A stretch of DNA of 63,962 bases, counting the filler, from Octopus bimaculoides (Eukaryota), in NCBI RefSeq assembly GCF_001194135.2. It is 7 parts of 6 records of this genome, joined end to end, with 100 filler letters (N's around TTAATTAATTAA, not from the genome) between each part and the next. Parts side by side here need not be neighbours in the genome. Positions count along the whole stretch, not along the records: positions 35,915 to 53,343 come from NC_068981.1; positions 53,444 to 59,395 come from NC_068983.1; positions 59,496 to 61,287 come from NC_069001.1; positions 61,388 to 62,724 come from NC_068997.1; positions 62,825 to 63,962 come from NC_069009.1; 2 more parts are not named here. The stretch is one strand, 5' to 3'. How positions within the stretch are numbered: position 1 is the first letter of the stretch; every line of letters begins with the position of its first letter. Of the stretch, positions 49,076 through 63,552 are shown one piece after another. Position numbers and translations under genes: made by a program. The notes under the pieces are model-generated. The model had not been told where the DNA came from and did no database searches. It saw only the letters and a list, made by a program, of their open reading frames with translations.

Positions 49076-50193
49076 ATATATATGTATGTGTGTATCCTGT
49101 CTTGTTTTTTGTCCGCCACTACATTCCTCCATGGCTAGATTTAATTTGCGTATACAAATTTAATCTGCNNNNNNNNNNNNNNNNNNNNNNNNNNNNNNNN
49201 NNNNNNNNNNNNNNNNNNNNNNNNNNNNNNNNNNNNNNNNNNNNNNNNNNNNNNNNNNNNNNNNNNNNNNNNNNNNNNNNNNNNNNNNNNNNNNNNNNNN
49301 NNNNNNNNNNNNNNNNNNNNNNNNNNNNNNNNNNNNNNNNNNNNNNNNNNNNNNNNNNNNNNNNNNNNNNNNNNNNNNNNNNNNNNNNNNNNNNNNNNNN
49401 NNNNNNNNNNNNNNNNNNNNNNNNNNNNNNNNNNNNNNNNNNNNNNNNNNNNNNNNNNNNNNNNNNNNNNNNNNNNNNNNNNNNNNNNNNNNNNNNNNNN
49501 NNNNNNNNNNNNNNNNNNNNNNNNNNNNNNNNNNNNNNNNNNNNNNNNNNNNNNNNNNNNNNNNNNNNNNNNNNNNNNNNNNNNNNNNNNNNNNNNNNNN
49601 NNNNNNNNNNNNNNNNNNNNNNNNNNNNNNNNNNNNNNNNNNNNNNNNNNNNNNNNNNNNNNNNNNNNNNNNNNNNNNNNNNNNNNNNNNNNNNNNNNNN
49701 NNNNNNNNNNNNNNNNNNNNNNNNNNNNNNNNNNNNNNNNNNNNNNNNNNNNNNNNNNNNNNNNNNNNNNNNNNNNNNNNNNNNNNNNNNNNNNNNNNNN
49801 NNNNNNNNNNNNNNNNNNNNNNNNNNNNNNNNNNNNNNNNNNNNNNNNNNNNNNNNNNNNNNNNNNNNNNNNNNNNNNNNNNNNNNNNNNNNNNNNNNNN
49901 NNNNNNNNNNNNNNNNNNNNNNNNNNNNNNNNNNNNNNNNNNNNNNNNNNNNNNNNNNNNNNNNNNNNNNNNNNNNNNNNNNNNNNNNNNNNNNNNNNNN
50001 NNNNNNNNNNNNNNNNNNNNNNNNNNNNNNNNNNNNNNNNNNNNNNNNNNNNNNNNNNNNNNNNNNNNNNNNNNNNNNNNNNNNNNNNNNNNNNNNNNNN
50101 NNNNNNNNNNNNNNNNNCAGGTGGATGTCGGTATGCACATACCTGTACGTATATATGCATATACTCATTTACTTTTGTTTATATATATATATC

Positions 50194-50226
<33 letters not shown>

Positions 50227-50933
50227 GTGTGTGTGTTTGTGTGTCTGTGTTTGTCCCCCCAACATCACTTGATAACCGATGCTAGTGTGTTTACGTCCCC
50301 GTAACCTAGCGGTTCGGCAAAAGAGACCGATAGAATAAGTACTAGGCTTACAAAGAATAAGTCTTTGGGGTGGTCGATTTGCTCGACTAAAGGCGGTACT
50401 CCAGCATGGCCACAGTTAAATGACTGAAACAAGTAAAAGAGTAAAAGAGGGTCCTGAGCCCATTGAAAGAAGTCGTGATGAGAGCAAAAGAATTTTACAC
50501 ACAGGTTATTCGAGATGAAGAAACTGCAATAGAATTTCTCCGACGCTATGACTTCCTAAATTGAACATAAAGACATTGATCCATGCACGTTTTGCTGGAA
50601 GAAGGAAATGTCTAACTCACTCCTCTAATTATAATTGCAAATTTATAACAAAAGTTTGAATGTAGATCACAGGTTAGTCTGAATTTAAGCTGCTGGAGAT
50701 CACAATGACATGCAGATCACATACTACACCGGCACCGGAGGGAAATTGATCCAATGTGTGTGTTAATAATATTGGCATAATGACTCTCCCTAGACACAAC
50801 AAAATCCACGATAATAACTACAGCTTATCTCAATATTCAACAGCGCTTTGCCTAATACCAGAAGACGAACCCTCCAGAGTATGGAGTTGCCCTAATTTCA
50901 CATAAACCAGTCATTCTACTTAAGAGTTAAATA

Positions 50934-52217
50934 TTGGGTTGTACGGAAAGTTCGTGCCGATTTATAGTAGCTTACCTTTCGACTTATTTTAGAACATGGT
51001 TGAGTCCATAAAATAGGATTTGACTACACCTCCATTTAGAACACAGTTTAAGCTCTCTTTTCGTGGAAGAAGGTTTATGTTCCTATAATTTGTGTTAATT
51101 CTGTAATCCTTTAACATGGAAGATTAGAAAGTTCATTTTCAGCACTTGATGCTTTTCTTTTTCCGTAAAGGGAAAAATTCCTCACAAGCAACCAAAGAAA
51201 TATACGCAGTTTATGGTGATGTTTCTTTATTCGAAAGAACTGTACAGAATTAGTTCGCAAGGTTCCGAGCTAGTGATTATAGCCTTATTGATAAAGAGCG
51301 ATCAGGGAGACCATCCACTACAGATGATGACCAAATCAAGTCATTAATTCAGAATAACCCACATTGCACAACCCGAGAATTAGCAGAAAGCCTCAACCCA
51401 TCAACATCCGTCGTTCATGAGCATCTGGCAAAGCTTGGGTACACAAATCGCTACGATGTTTGGGTACCACAGGAGTTGAGTGAGAAGAAGCTTTTGGATC
51501 CCATTTCCATCTGTGATTCGCTTAATAAACGGAATGAAAACGCGCCTTTTTTAAAGCAAATTGTGACAGGTGATGAGAAATGGATTATCTACCGAAATGT
51601 TCAGAGAAAGCGATCCTGGAGTAAGCAGCATGAGCGACCCTTAGCCACCCCAAAAGCGATTCTTCACCCTAAAAAAGTCCTGATTTGTGTCTGGTGGGAT
51701 TGGAAAGGAATTCTGTACTATGAGCTTCTCCCAAGTAACCAGATAATTAATTCTGAGAAATACTGCACACAACTGGACGAGTTAAAAGCAGCAATTCAAG
51801 AGAAACGTCCAGAATTGGCCAACAGGAAGGGTGTTGTTTTCCAACACGATAATGCAAGACTGCACGTTTCTTTTGGAACCAGACAAAAATTGTTGCAGCT
51901 CGGCTGAGATGTGTTACCCCAGCCTCCATATTCACCAGATATTGCTCCTTCGGATTTCCACTTATTCAGGTCTCTGCAGAATAGTCTTAATAGTAAAAAT
52001 TTCAATTCCTTGGATGACGTAAACAGATACCTTGATGAATTCTTTGCCATGAAACCACCTCAATTCTGGGAAGAGGGTATTTTCAAGTTAAAGGAAAGAT
52101 GGAAACGCATTGTGCAACAAAATGGTTCATATTTGGTTGATTAAAAATGTAATGGCAAGTATTTATTGTCCTTTTCCTTTCCTTTAAAAATCGGCACAGA
52201 CTTTCCGGGCAACCCGA
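50934..52217 (+). mobile_element. Full-length DD34D mariner (Hsmar1/cecropia-like, 1284 bp), transposase with a few stops
   Basis: TA-TTGGGTTGTACGGAAAGTTCGTGCCGATTT ... AAATCGGCACAGACTTTCCGGGCAACCCGA-TA. Motifs WVPQEL, IVTGDEKW, HDNARLH and YSPDIAPSDFHLF; I count 34 residues between D2 and D3. Confidence 0.92.
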
Positions 52218-52957
52218 TAGGTTATGTTTGGGAGATCAGGGGCTTATAAGAGGAAACTGTAAATAAACCGGCAGTATTCAAAGGGAAAACACCGCTGAAT
52301 TTTAAAACTTTGACAGCCAGGCACATGATCACCAGTGCCCGCAGGTTGTATTTCTCTTTTAACATAAGAGATCAGCTATCTGGGAAAGACTACAACAAAG
52401 GAAAAGTAGCTTCCAATAATCCAATGATCCAATAACAACTAGAGATACCATGCACACCGAACAACTCAAGAAACCCTTAAACTTTTTGGATATACAGGAA
52501 AGTGACATACATAAAAAAAAATGCCCATTCATCTATAAAACTGGCGCTGCAGCATGGCCTTGTTGATGCGGACTCAAACAAACCATATTGATAAAGAATA
52601 TACGCATTGATAAAGAGCTTATTATGCATTTTTTTTTCGAGCCTTGGTACCCAAGGGTCGGTTACCCGCTTTCCATGGCAGACGATGACTTAACTAATAA
52701 CGTGCCTCTGAACAGGAAGCAGGTTCGCTGCAAGGTTCAAGGTTTGCAGTTCTTAAAAGCGGGATTGAGGTGGGGGTGGGGGAGTCTAGTCGATTATATC
52801 GATTCCTGTACTTGGCTGGTACCATATTTCATCAGCCCTGTATGGACGAAAGAAAAAGGCGACACCGGTGGGATTTGAGCTCAGAATGTAAAGAACTGAA
52901 AGAAATGCAGCCCAACATTTTGTCTGCGATGCCAACAATTTTGTCAGCTCAACACCT

Positions 52958-53078
<121 letters not shown>

Positions 53079-53214
53079 CTCAGTGTATCTGTTTGTTAAA
53101 CCTCTTTTACTACCTACATTTCTTGCCTTTCCTTTTATTCATGACTCTTCTTCATTTATCGATCTGTTTGTCTTTCTCACCATTCTGTCTTTATTACAGT
53201 TTGAACCCATCATA

Positions 53215-53245
<31 letters not shown>

Positions 53246-53443
53246 TTTCACATCTATCTGTCTATCTATCTATCTGTCTATCTATCTGTCTATCTATCTA
53301 TCTGTCTGTCTGTCACAAGAATTTTGAAATCTTTTCAAGAATTNNNNNNNNNNNNNNNNNNNNNNNNNNNNNNNNNNNNNNNNNNNNTTAATTAATTAAN
53401 NNNNNNNNNNNNNNNNNNNNNNNNNNNNNNNNNNNNNNNNNNN

Positions 53444-53790
53444 ATATTGATGTGGGATCGTAGTGTAAAAAATTATTACATCAAAGGAAACAATGAAAAT
53501 GTCTTTATCGGTATGTTTGGGTAGATGATTTAGTAGGTCCAGGTCGTCTCTAACAATACTTGGTATGTGGTGAAGTATTGGTTTCAGGAGGATATCGATA
53601 AAGTTGCTTAATCTGTGTGTTTCACAGTTTGGGCCTGCCACAATTGGTCTTAGTTTGAGATCAGTGGGATGTGGTACAGTGATGCAGGTGGAAGTGGACT
53701 TTTTGCAAGCTTCAGAAATAGTTTTGCTCTTGTGGATTTTTGGAAGTCCATAGAGGTTGCTTGTTTTGCAATTAAAGTTTGTTATATATA
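53444..53790 (-). mobile_element. Penelope-like RT fragment, frame open (same group as 42385-42845)
   Basis: TSNLYGLPKIHKSK...LKLRPIVAGPNCETHRLSNFIDILLKPIL...VRDDLDLLNHLP...IVSFDV...TTIPHQY. Confidence 0.85.
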
Positions 53791-53929
53791 TATACGAGGG
53801 GCTAGTTTCAGTTTCCATATACTAAATTCACTCACAAGGCTTTGGTCGTACCACGTAATGTAACTGAACCCGGAACCCCGTGGTCGGGAAGCAAGCTTCT
53901 TATTTCTTTACTGCCCATAAGAGGCTACA

Positions 53930-54118
53930 CACAAGGACAGATGAACTGATTAACTCGATTGTATCGATCCCAGTTTGTAACTGGTACTTATTTAATCGAC
54001 TCCGAAAGAATGAAAGGCAAAGTCGACCTCGGCAGAATTTGAACTCAGAACGTAGCGCAGACGAAATACCGCTAAGCATTTCGTCCAGCGTACTAACGTT
54101 TCTGCCAGCCCGCCGCCT
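53930..54118 (-). mobile_element. SINE family C
   Basis: Matches 43975-44175 and 5273-5405. Confidence 0.75.
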
Positions 54119-54648
54119 TCTTACCACACAAATGTTTCCATAACGAATATTTCATATGATAAATAACTAAACTATCAATAGCAATAGAAATCTAAATGAA
54201 TGTTTAAATCGAAGAAAAATACAGCATTCATTATTATCGCACGCTGAAAAATATATGTTCTACAGCTGATAGAAAATGAATAATATTAAACGGAAAGATA
54301 GAACGAAGAACATAGAAGGAATGATTGAATAAAAAGGAGAAAATGATTATAATAACAAGACAAAGCACGAAAGAGAAAATGGTGAAGAATTTATGATATA
54401 TTAGTGCTTACACACACATACAAATGCAAATACAAACACATGCTCACAAATATCTATAAAAATATCTTCCAAACTTTATTGTATCTATTTATAGCATGCA
54501 AGCAATAAAGCCCAAGTGGTAGTATTTGAATGTTTCTGAGAAAACGTTGTATATTAGCCTGTTTCGCAATGAAAATTGCTGAAATATTATATTTTATCTT
54601 TTCTGACCTTTAAGATTCCAAACGTAATTAATGGACATCCTGTTTATA

Positions 54649-56010
54649 CAGTAGTGGCCAAAATTAGAGAACAAAAATTTAAAATAACAAATTTACATTT
54701 CTACTTCATATTTCCGAATGGGATTTTTATTGTATATATTTTAAAGTATGTTCATTATTTACAATAACTTTTGTAGGAAGTGATTAATAACTAAATAATC
54801 TTTTATAAAAAAATGAGTATTTGAAAAATACAAGATGGACAAATGGACGTATGACTCAAAATTCAAGAAATCAAAATTTTGCGAGAAATTTTTACAATCG
54901 ACATGAATACATTAATAAAATATGTACATTCCTACGGTTTTAATGACTTCAGCACATCTACATATACAGTTTTGACGAATTTCTCACATTGTTTTGACGT
55001 AATTTTATTCCATCCTTCCTGAAGCTTTTCCTACAAAATTGTAATATTGGCTGGTCGGGGCTCTGTGATCTTATCACGAAGTATCTTTCATAAGTGTTCA
55101 ATGGGATTAAAGACAGGGTTCTGAGTTGGCCAACGCATCACAATAATGTTTTCAGACTGAAACACTTCCTTAACTATCTTAGCACTGTGACAAGGTGCAT
55201 TATCCTGGATAAAGACTGGCTGACGTGTTTCAAATGACATCATAGCTGGCACAACATGCTGCAAAATGTTTTTGTATATGACTGCACTCACAATACCATG
55301 GGTCTGGATCAAGGGCCCAACATCTACTGCAGAAATCATTCCCTACACCATTGAACACCCAAATTTCACCGATTTTTTCACGCATTAAGGGAGCAATCTT
55401 TCACTTTTACGACGTCTCGAGTATTCTATACTATCACAGCCAACCAAATTGAACACACGCGACCAGTTGTCATCCGTCTAAAGTACGTGCTCATTGGCAA
55501 AGGCTAACCTCACTTTTCAGTTCATCATACTGATGAGAGGATTAGTGGCAGGGGAATGGGTATAAAGTCAAACTTCGTTCAAATGATCAGTCACAGTCTT
55601 CATAAAGCTTGAGTATTCTTGGAACAACACTCATTGATCTGTTAATGTCTCTGACGATAGTAGGAACTGCCAGTCGTTCATTTTCAATATGACATAATCA
55701 CTGCGATACTGCTATTCAGCCAAGTGTTTTCACATGTTGGGGACAGATGACCTGAAATAACTAGAAAAGGAAGTTTGATCAACCAGTTCAAAGTCACAGT
55801 CACAGGATTTGTGCGCTTGATGAAACAAGACCCCTTTTTCAGTGTTTGGTCTTGATTGCCTTTCTTAGCTGCTTCAGCAAGTTGGCAGAGTACTCTATGT
55901 TGTTGGTATGACCCTTTTGAAGATAGTCATTAAACTTTTTCCTTATTGGATTTTGCAAAATTCTACATTGTGCTGATCTTTTAAGACACCAATGGCTGAT
56001 CGGTTACAAT
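54649..56010 (-). mobile_element. Tc1 (DD34E) element, decayed; one TIR visible
   Basis: TA-CAGTAGTGGCCAAAATTAGAGAAC at 54647. The protein includes FIQDNAPCHSAKIVK...RWPTQNPVFNPIEHL (34 residues from D to E). The other boundary is approximate. Confidence 0.8.
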
Positions 56011-56495
56011 GGTAAATTTGGCAAATTTGGCGTTGCGTTTATTAGTAATATTACTACAGTGAAACATGATTATATTAGAATTACCATATCATCTTTAAAT
56101 TACCTTTAGCATCTATGTGTGTATATTTGAGTATACATTTGAGTATATAAATGTATCTGTGATTTGTCATGATCTAATATTAATTTGGTGCCCGACGTAT
56201 CCCTTCAGACTGTTTTGTTCATGTTTTTTCTCCATTCTTTTATGTTGAATGATAAGATTCGTATTTATGCAGTTGGTGTTAAGAAAAGTGTTTGAAATTC
56301 AAAACATTGGATTTACACAATCGAATCGATTTACTTTTGCTAGTTGACTCTGAAAAATCGTGACGAATGTAAAACGCAAATTCTTAGGCTCAGAAATCGA
56401 TTTCCATTACAACTGGCATATTGAAATTTACTAAGCTCATGTTTTAATAATTTAATACAGTGCTATGCTTTCCTTCTTTCTATCTAACTTTCTGT

Positions 56496-56530
<35 letters not shown>

Positions 56531-59142
56531 AAATCACGACTGCGTTTATACTGAATCTACTTCCTTGCTTTTTCTTCTTTTCATAATTCCTAATCCGTTC
56601 TTTATGCTTAGATTGGGACAATAACATTCTTAATTCCATCAATATTTCTAGGCTTTCTATCTCCCGATTAAATAGCTGCTAGTGGCACTTTTTCATCTTC
56701 ACTTTCGCGATTTTGTGATGGCAGCGAGGAAGAGATGGAAGACATTATTCTTGCTATTTAAAAGTGTAACTGTTAACTCTATGTTACTTTCAACAATCAA
56801 AGACTATTCGCTGTTTAATATTAAATGCTGTCAAATACAGTGATCTGGTAGAATCGTTAAAATGCCGGGCAAAGTGTTTTGTGGCATTTCATCCGTCTTT
56901 AGGTTTTGAGTTCAAATGTTTCCGATGTGGACTTTGTCTTTCATCCTTGAGGATCGATAAAATAAATACTAGTTGAAAACTGGGGTCGGTGTAGTCGACT
57001 TAACCTCGTCCCACGAAATTGTTGGCCTTCTGTCAAAATTAGAAATGAACATCAAATGTTACTTTTATTTGAAATCAGTATCAAATGCTACTTTTTGTTG
57101 TTACGAAATATTACATTGATAGTCGTCTTGGCTGTTAGGGAAATTTAAATAGGAAGGCTATGTTACAGATTTTTTTTTCTGCTATCTAAAAGCTTTTTCA
57201 TATGTCAGTACTCCCGTGACCTAGTTGTTAGTATATCTATTGAAATTACATATTCATGGGTCTGATTCCTAGGCCGATTAAGCGTTGTGTCCTTGAGCAG
57301 AACGTTTCATTCGAGTCGACTTAGCTTATAAAAGCACTCAGTTAAAGCTGGCGCCGCCCTTTGCCCTCCGGTCACGACATCTTAGATATTCCATTCGGAT
57401 GAAGAGTAAAAAGATGACGTATCTGTGTTTTGTCGCAACAATAACTGCACCTAAAATATTTAGCGAAAAAATCGTACAGGCTATCAAGTCATACTCACTT
57501 ATGAGTGACTGATATGTTTTTTTTTTATATCAATGCTGTGCATCTCTTAACTACGTGGGTATACATGCACTAAAGCGAACGTAATTTGCACACCACTGAA
57601 TTCTATTGTTGTTTAACACCATGCCCACTAAACTTTCTACAAGCGATCAACCTGTCATTTTCTGTACTGCTATGACATTACGGAATGTACAATTCTCAAA
57701 TTATGACAGTATGATGTGATTTGAGTGAAATTTGTTCTGTTTCTTGCAGATAAAGCGATTACATATATGGACTGTCGTATGCTAACATTCATTGTCTTCT
57801 AAGGAATACAAAAGGGGTGATATTAAATAAAGTACCTTCTTAAAAGTTTTGACGTTAATATTACCTGTATGTTCAGCATGTTTATCTTCATACAGATAAA
57901 CATACTAAGTAATCTATAGTCAAATTTATATCTTTAGTCTATATTAAAAATTGTATCTTTCAACTCGGTTATGTTGTGTAGTTTTTAATAACTGTAATCA
58001 GAGGACGAAAGACAAACCCCATCAACCAGCTCATCACACGATGAGGCACTCAGTAGGGAGTTATTAAATGAGAGACCTAACATCGATTGATTACAACTAT
58101 GTGGAGCCTCGCTAACAATACAAATGGAAGAAATGTGATTAAAGTCGGTGACTGATAAATTCTACCGCTTGATACCAGTCAGATTCACGGACAGAATTTG
58201 TCTATATGATGTGTTTCCAGTTGCTTTTTTTTTCGTCAAATTCCACTCTCACGTGTTTGGCCCGGTTTAGACTATCGTTGAAAACACTTCCGGAAGGTTC
58301 CATGTACTGAGAATGGAACACAAGCATGTAGTGAAGAAGCCAATTTCTTAACGGTAGCAGATCCAAATTCTTTATCGGCATGGGGAACAAAACAAATAGA
58401 ACATTATAAATTTTAACATGTGTATTATTCACTTCGACGTAACCTTAGAATTTCAATTATCTTAACGTTGATTAGAATATCACTATACACGAGCAGTTAA
58501 ATGATTTTATAGTTGCTTCTTTTCAAGCTAAGCAATTTTAAAAAGCCGATGTTACATACGTATTGTTATCCGTCAGCATGATATGTGAAATAGAAGAAAT
58601 TACTTTATAATAAATATATTATTTTCTACTGAATTTCGATCTACGTTTGAAAACAGTATATTGTTATTTTGAAGAAATTAAATTTATTGATGTTTGTTTT
58701 CTTGCTCGTTCCGTATGTTTTGTTAATGATTATCAATGTAACAATCTCGGAATGAAAATATATTTTTAATTCGGGTAATGTTTATTTTTAAAGTTGTCTG
58801 TTTCTCTATTTTCACATTATTTAATAATGTCCTGTTTTACAAAAGATAGCAAATATAAAAAGCACACATTGCTGTTCCGATGTAGTGTTTAAAACTGCAA
58901 AATGAAGACCGTATGTGGAAGTAAAAAGGGCCTCAGTCTGTTAAATGAAAATAATCTGAACATGCTTCAACAAGGAATATAGCATTGTACATGCTATATT
59001 TTTTCCTTATGATGAGCTCTACAATCAATTTTAAATGAAAGCATGTGAACATCTTTTTGAATTACTTATTTCTAAACAGCCCTTTTCTCGTACACATAAT
59101 AAATACATGCATGCATATGTATATATATATATATATATATCA

Positions 59143-59395
59143 TCATCATCGTTTAACGTCCGCTTTCCATGCTAGCATGGGTTGGACGATTTGACTGAGG
59201 ACTGGTGAAACCGGATGGCAACACCAGGCTCCAATCTAATTTGGGAGAGTTTCTACAGCTGGATGCCCTTCCTAACGCCAACCACTCAGAGAGTGTAGTG
59301 GGTGCTTTTACGTGTCACCCGCACGAAAACGGCCACGCTCGAAATGGGGTCTTTTATGTGCCACCCGCACAAGCCAGTCCAGGGGCACTGGCAAC
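59143..59395 (-). mobile_element. SINE-like family D with a (GAT)n tail
   Basis: catcatcatcgtttaacgtccgctttccatgctagcatgggttggacg...ctacagctggatgcccttcctaacgcc is the reverse complement of the 35500-35765 type. Confidence 0.7.
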
Positions 59396-60308
59396 NNNNN
59401 NNNNNNNNNNNNNNNNNNNNNNNNNNNNNNNNNNNNNNNTTAATTAATTAANNNNNNNNNNNNNNNNNNNNNNNNNNNNNNNNNNNNNNNNNNNNGGTCC
59501 CAGTTGATCCGATCAACGGAACAGCCTGCTCGTGAAATTAACGTGCAAGTGGTTGAACATTAAAAAATGTTTATATTCGGAATTTTAACGTCGACTGTTG
59601 TATTTATTGCGGGATACTGACGAGGGGTGATGCTTGATTGCATAATGTTTCTGCCACAGCTATGTCATTATTTCAGCATTTTGCTGCAACACGGGTGTGC
59701 TCCCTAAAGCATTGAATACAACATCTGTTTTCTGCTGATTATTGTGTGTGTGTGTGTGTGTGTGCGCGCGCGCGCGCGACTATATGTAAGTGTGTGTGCG
59801 TGCGTGTATGTGCGCGCATGCGTGTGTTCGTGTGCGTGAATATATGCATATATATATATGTATACATACTAGTTTGGTGATGCTTGAAAATAGAACTCAA
59901 ATCATGAGTATATATATATATAACAGTGGTGCCCCAACATGGCCACAGCTCTCGAGCTGAAACTAGTTGGAGATAAAGAATATATTAAAAATCGGCAGAA
60001 GGTACAGAGCGACTCAACCGCCGAGAGTTTCGTGCATTGGCATTAATTAAAGTTTTTGTATTAAGGATATTCCACCGGTGTTTTGCTATTGACACCACCA
60101 AAGTGAATCATGTTATCGATAAGGTGTCGAAATTCTGATGGGTTTTGGTCGATAATTGATGAGGAGTGAGTGTATCCATGTCCTTTCTGTGTTTTTATTT
60201 TCCTCTTTCCTGTATGTTCCTTCGTCGTCTTTATCTGCAATATTTTACTATTACATACATACATACACGCACGCACACATATATGTATACGAACATACGT
60301 ACATATAC

Positions 60309-60342
<34 letters not shown>

Positions 60343-60352
60343 NNNNNNNNNN

Positions 60353-60387
<35 letters not shown>

Positions 60388-60541
60388 GAACATACATGCA
60401 TATGTACATATATACATACACACATACACATAGATATACATACATACACACACATAGACACACGGGAATAGCTTTACTTTTAAGCATATATTCAAGATAT
60501 GACTGTTCTAGGTTTTATATCTTTAATGCGTGTGTGCTTGA

Positions 60542-60577
<36 letters not shown>

Positions 60578-61476
60578 GAGAGTGAGTGGGGGGCAATTGC
60601 GTGTGTGCCTGATTGTCTGCTTTATCTGTGCGTCGCTCTGCATGATACTTTGTAGGTGCATAAGTTCTTGTCTGTATCTATATGAGGTGTGTGTGTGTGT
60701 AACCCTGAGATGTTAGCGTGTGTATGAGTGTTAGTGTATGTGTGTGTGTGTGCGTGTGCGACATACAGAGAACTGTACAAAGAGTTCATTCGGTGCAGAC
60801 ATCCTTTCGGTTCTTGAACTCTACTTAATTCTTGAAGCTTCGATAAATATATTACACACACGCACACACACTGGCTGTCACCAGCATATAAACACTTAAC
60901 CTGCTAGCCACACATATGCACACACATAGCAACATATGCAGATATTCACACACACACACACGCACACACCATACACACACACATCTATGTATATATAGAT
61001 TAACGTTTTGCCTTTTATTTGTTTCTGTTATTGGACTGCGGCCATGCCGGAGCACTGCATTAAAGGGGTTTTCAGTCGAACACACACATACACACGCGCG
61101 CGCGCGCGTGGGAGATTCAAATAAACAAACAGTTCTAATTTTAAAAAATGGAAAAACGAACGTAAGGATGTGCAGAAGAGATGTATTAGCTTGACTCTCG
61201 GTGAAAGGAGAGAGTGTGACGTTTCGGGCATAAACTCTTCGTCAGAAAGGAGAAAGGGAAAAGGCCGAAGATAGAGAAGAAGAAACTNNNNNNNNNNNNN
61301 NNNNNNNNNNNNNNNNNNNNNNNNNNNNNNNTTAATTAATTAANNNNNNNNNNNNNNNNNNNNNNNNNNNNNNNNNNNNNNNNNNNNAATAAGTCCTGGG
61401 GTCGATTTGATTCGGCTAAAGGGAAGTGCTCCAGCATGGCCGCAGTCAAATGACTGAAACAAGTAAAAGAATAAAA

Positions 61477-61512
<36 letters not shown>

Positions 61513-62668
61513 CTTTAAATAGATAACTGATGAATGGCTGAGAAAGTTTTCCAGGATGATGCTAAGAAACCTTCAGCCTTTTTACAATGAGGCATACATT
61601 CATTTTCAAGATATAAACAGATTTCCTCCTGGTGGTCTGATATTGATGTAGGTGATGGTGCCATGTAAAAAGCACCCAGTACATTCTGTAGATTTGTCAG
61701 TGTTAGGAAAGACATCTAGCCATAGTAACCAAATCAAAACAGACTATGGAACTTGGTGTGGCCTCTGGCCTTACCAGTTCCCGTCAAGCTGTCCAGCCCA
61801 TACCAGCATGGAGAACACATGATGATGATAATGATGAATCATTCCTAATATGTTTTTACTATGTGTTTGTTCATCATCTCCAGTATCTCAATGTTCCTAC
61901 ATACCTCAGCAATCTAGTCATTGACTCTGTTCTCATTTTATTCATCCTTTATATATGAATTTCGTTTTTGTTCTGCAGTGTTCCAGCATGTCACTTCTCC
62001 AGGATAACTGGTTTTGTTTGCGGTGACAGTTAAGTCCCCAACAACCCAACCATGCAAGAGCTTGTACTGGATTATGGATTACATGCAACCAGTAGTAATC
62101 TCTCACACACATGCCACATAGATTATATAATGAATATTATGATTATTTGAGGTTTATTATTCACAGCTGGAGATGAGTGAAGTGATATGTTCCCCAAATA
62201 CTTACATCTTAACTGATTTGAGAGATTAACAGTTGCTGTGCAGTGAGCAAATACACATGCATATATGCATGTATGTATGTGTGTAAATATATATATATAT
62301 ATGTGTGTGTGTGTGAGAGAGAGAGAGAGAAGAGAGAGAAGTTACAAGGGTTGAGTGCAACAATCAATATTAAGTTAAAGCAACAACACTACTGACAGTG
62401 GAATTTAGGAATATTGAAACTATTGCAATATTTCATTGCCTTGTTGATGTTATTGTTGTTGTTGTTGTTGATGATGATGATGATAAGGAGGAGAGTGGGG
62501 AGGATATTCAATTGAAGTATGGCAATATTAAAAATAATAGAATGCTACATGGTATTTACTTATGCCTCTTTAGAGTCTGAGTTCAAATCCCATTGAAGCT
62601 ACCACTGACTTCTTTTTTCCAGGAATAAATAAAATAAATTACCAGTCAAAAACTGCAATTATAATTGG

Positions 62669-62724
<56 letters not shown>

Positions 62725-62824
62725 NNNNNNNNNNNNNNNNNNNNNNNNNNNNNNNNNNNNNNNNNNNNTTAATTAATTAANNNNNNNNNNNNNNNNNNNN
62801 NNNNNNNNNNNNNNNNNNNNNNNN

Positions 62825-62857
<33 letters not shown>

Positions 62858-62881
62858 GTATATATATATATATATAAATTT

Positions 62882-63275
62882 CGGCAAGAGTGGCTGTATG
62901 GTAAGAAGCTTGCTTCTCAACCACATGGTTCCGGGTTCAGTCCCCCTATGTGGCACGTTGGGCAAGTGTTTCTACCATACCCTTGGGCTGATCAAAGCCT
63001 TGTGAGTGGATATGGTAGACGGAAACTGAAAGAAGTCTGCTGTATGTATGTATGTATATATGTATGTATATATATATATGTATATATGTATGTATATATG
63101 TATGTATATATGTATGTATGTATGTATGTATTTATTTGTGTGTCTGTGTTTGTGTCCCTGTAACTTAGCAGTTTGGCAAAATAGTCTGATAGAATAAGCA
63201 CTAGCCTTACAAACAATAAGTCCTGGGGTTGATTTGGTGCTCCAGCATGGCTGCAGTCAAATGACTGAAATAAAA
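62882..63275 (+). mobile_element. SINE family A with an expanded internal (TATG)n tract
   Basis: The head and tail match 7817-8210. Confidence 0.8.
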
Positions 63276-63552
63276 GATTACATATAGACACAAATTACTG
63301 CTCTCCCCCCCACTCCATTCCCCTCCAAACCACTTTTGTTCTTCCTGTAATGTCTTCCTATTACATTCCTCAGTTAATTGTGCCACTTAACTATGGAAGT
63401 CCCCCCCCTTCACTCCCCATCAGTCTGTTTTCCTACATCCCCCTCCTTGGTCCACTTGACCTTGTTATCTCTTGTAGTTTTTTTTTCTACTCTCATTGAT
63501 AACACTCCGGTTGTCTCTCTCCGTCTCTTTGCATGTAGGTATATATGTATAG

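Noticed and set aside
58202-58432. 76-aa minus-strand ORF as a possible host exon
   Set aside because: It has no recognisable domain and no convincing splice signals or partner exons.
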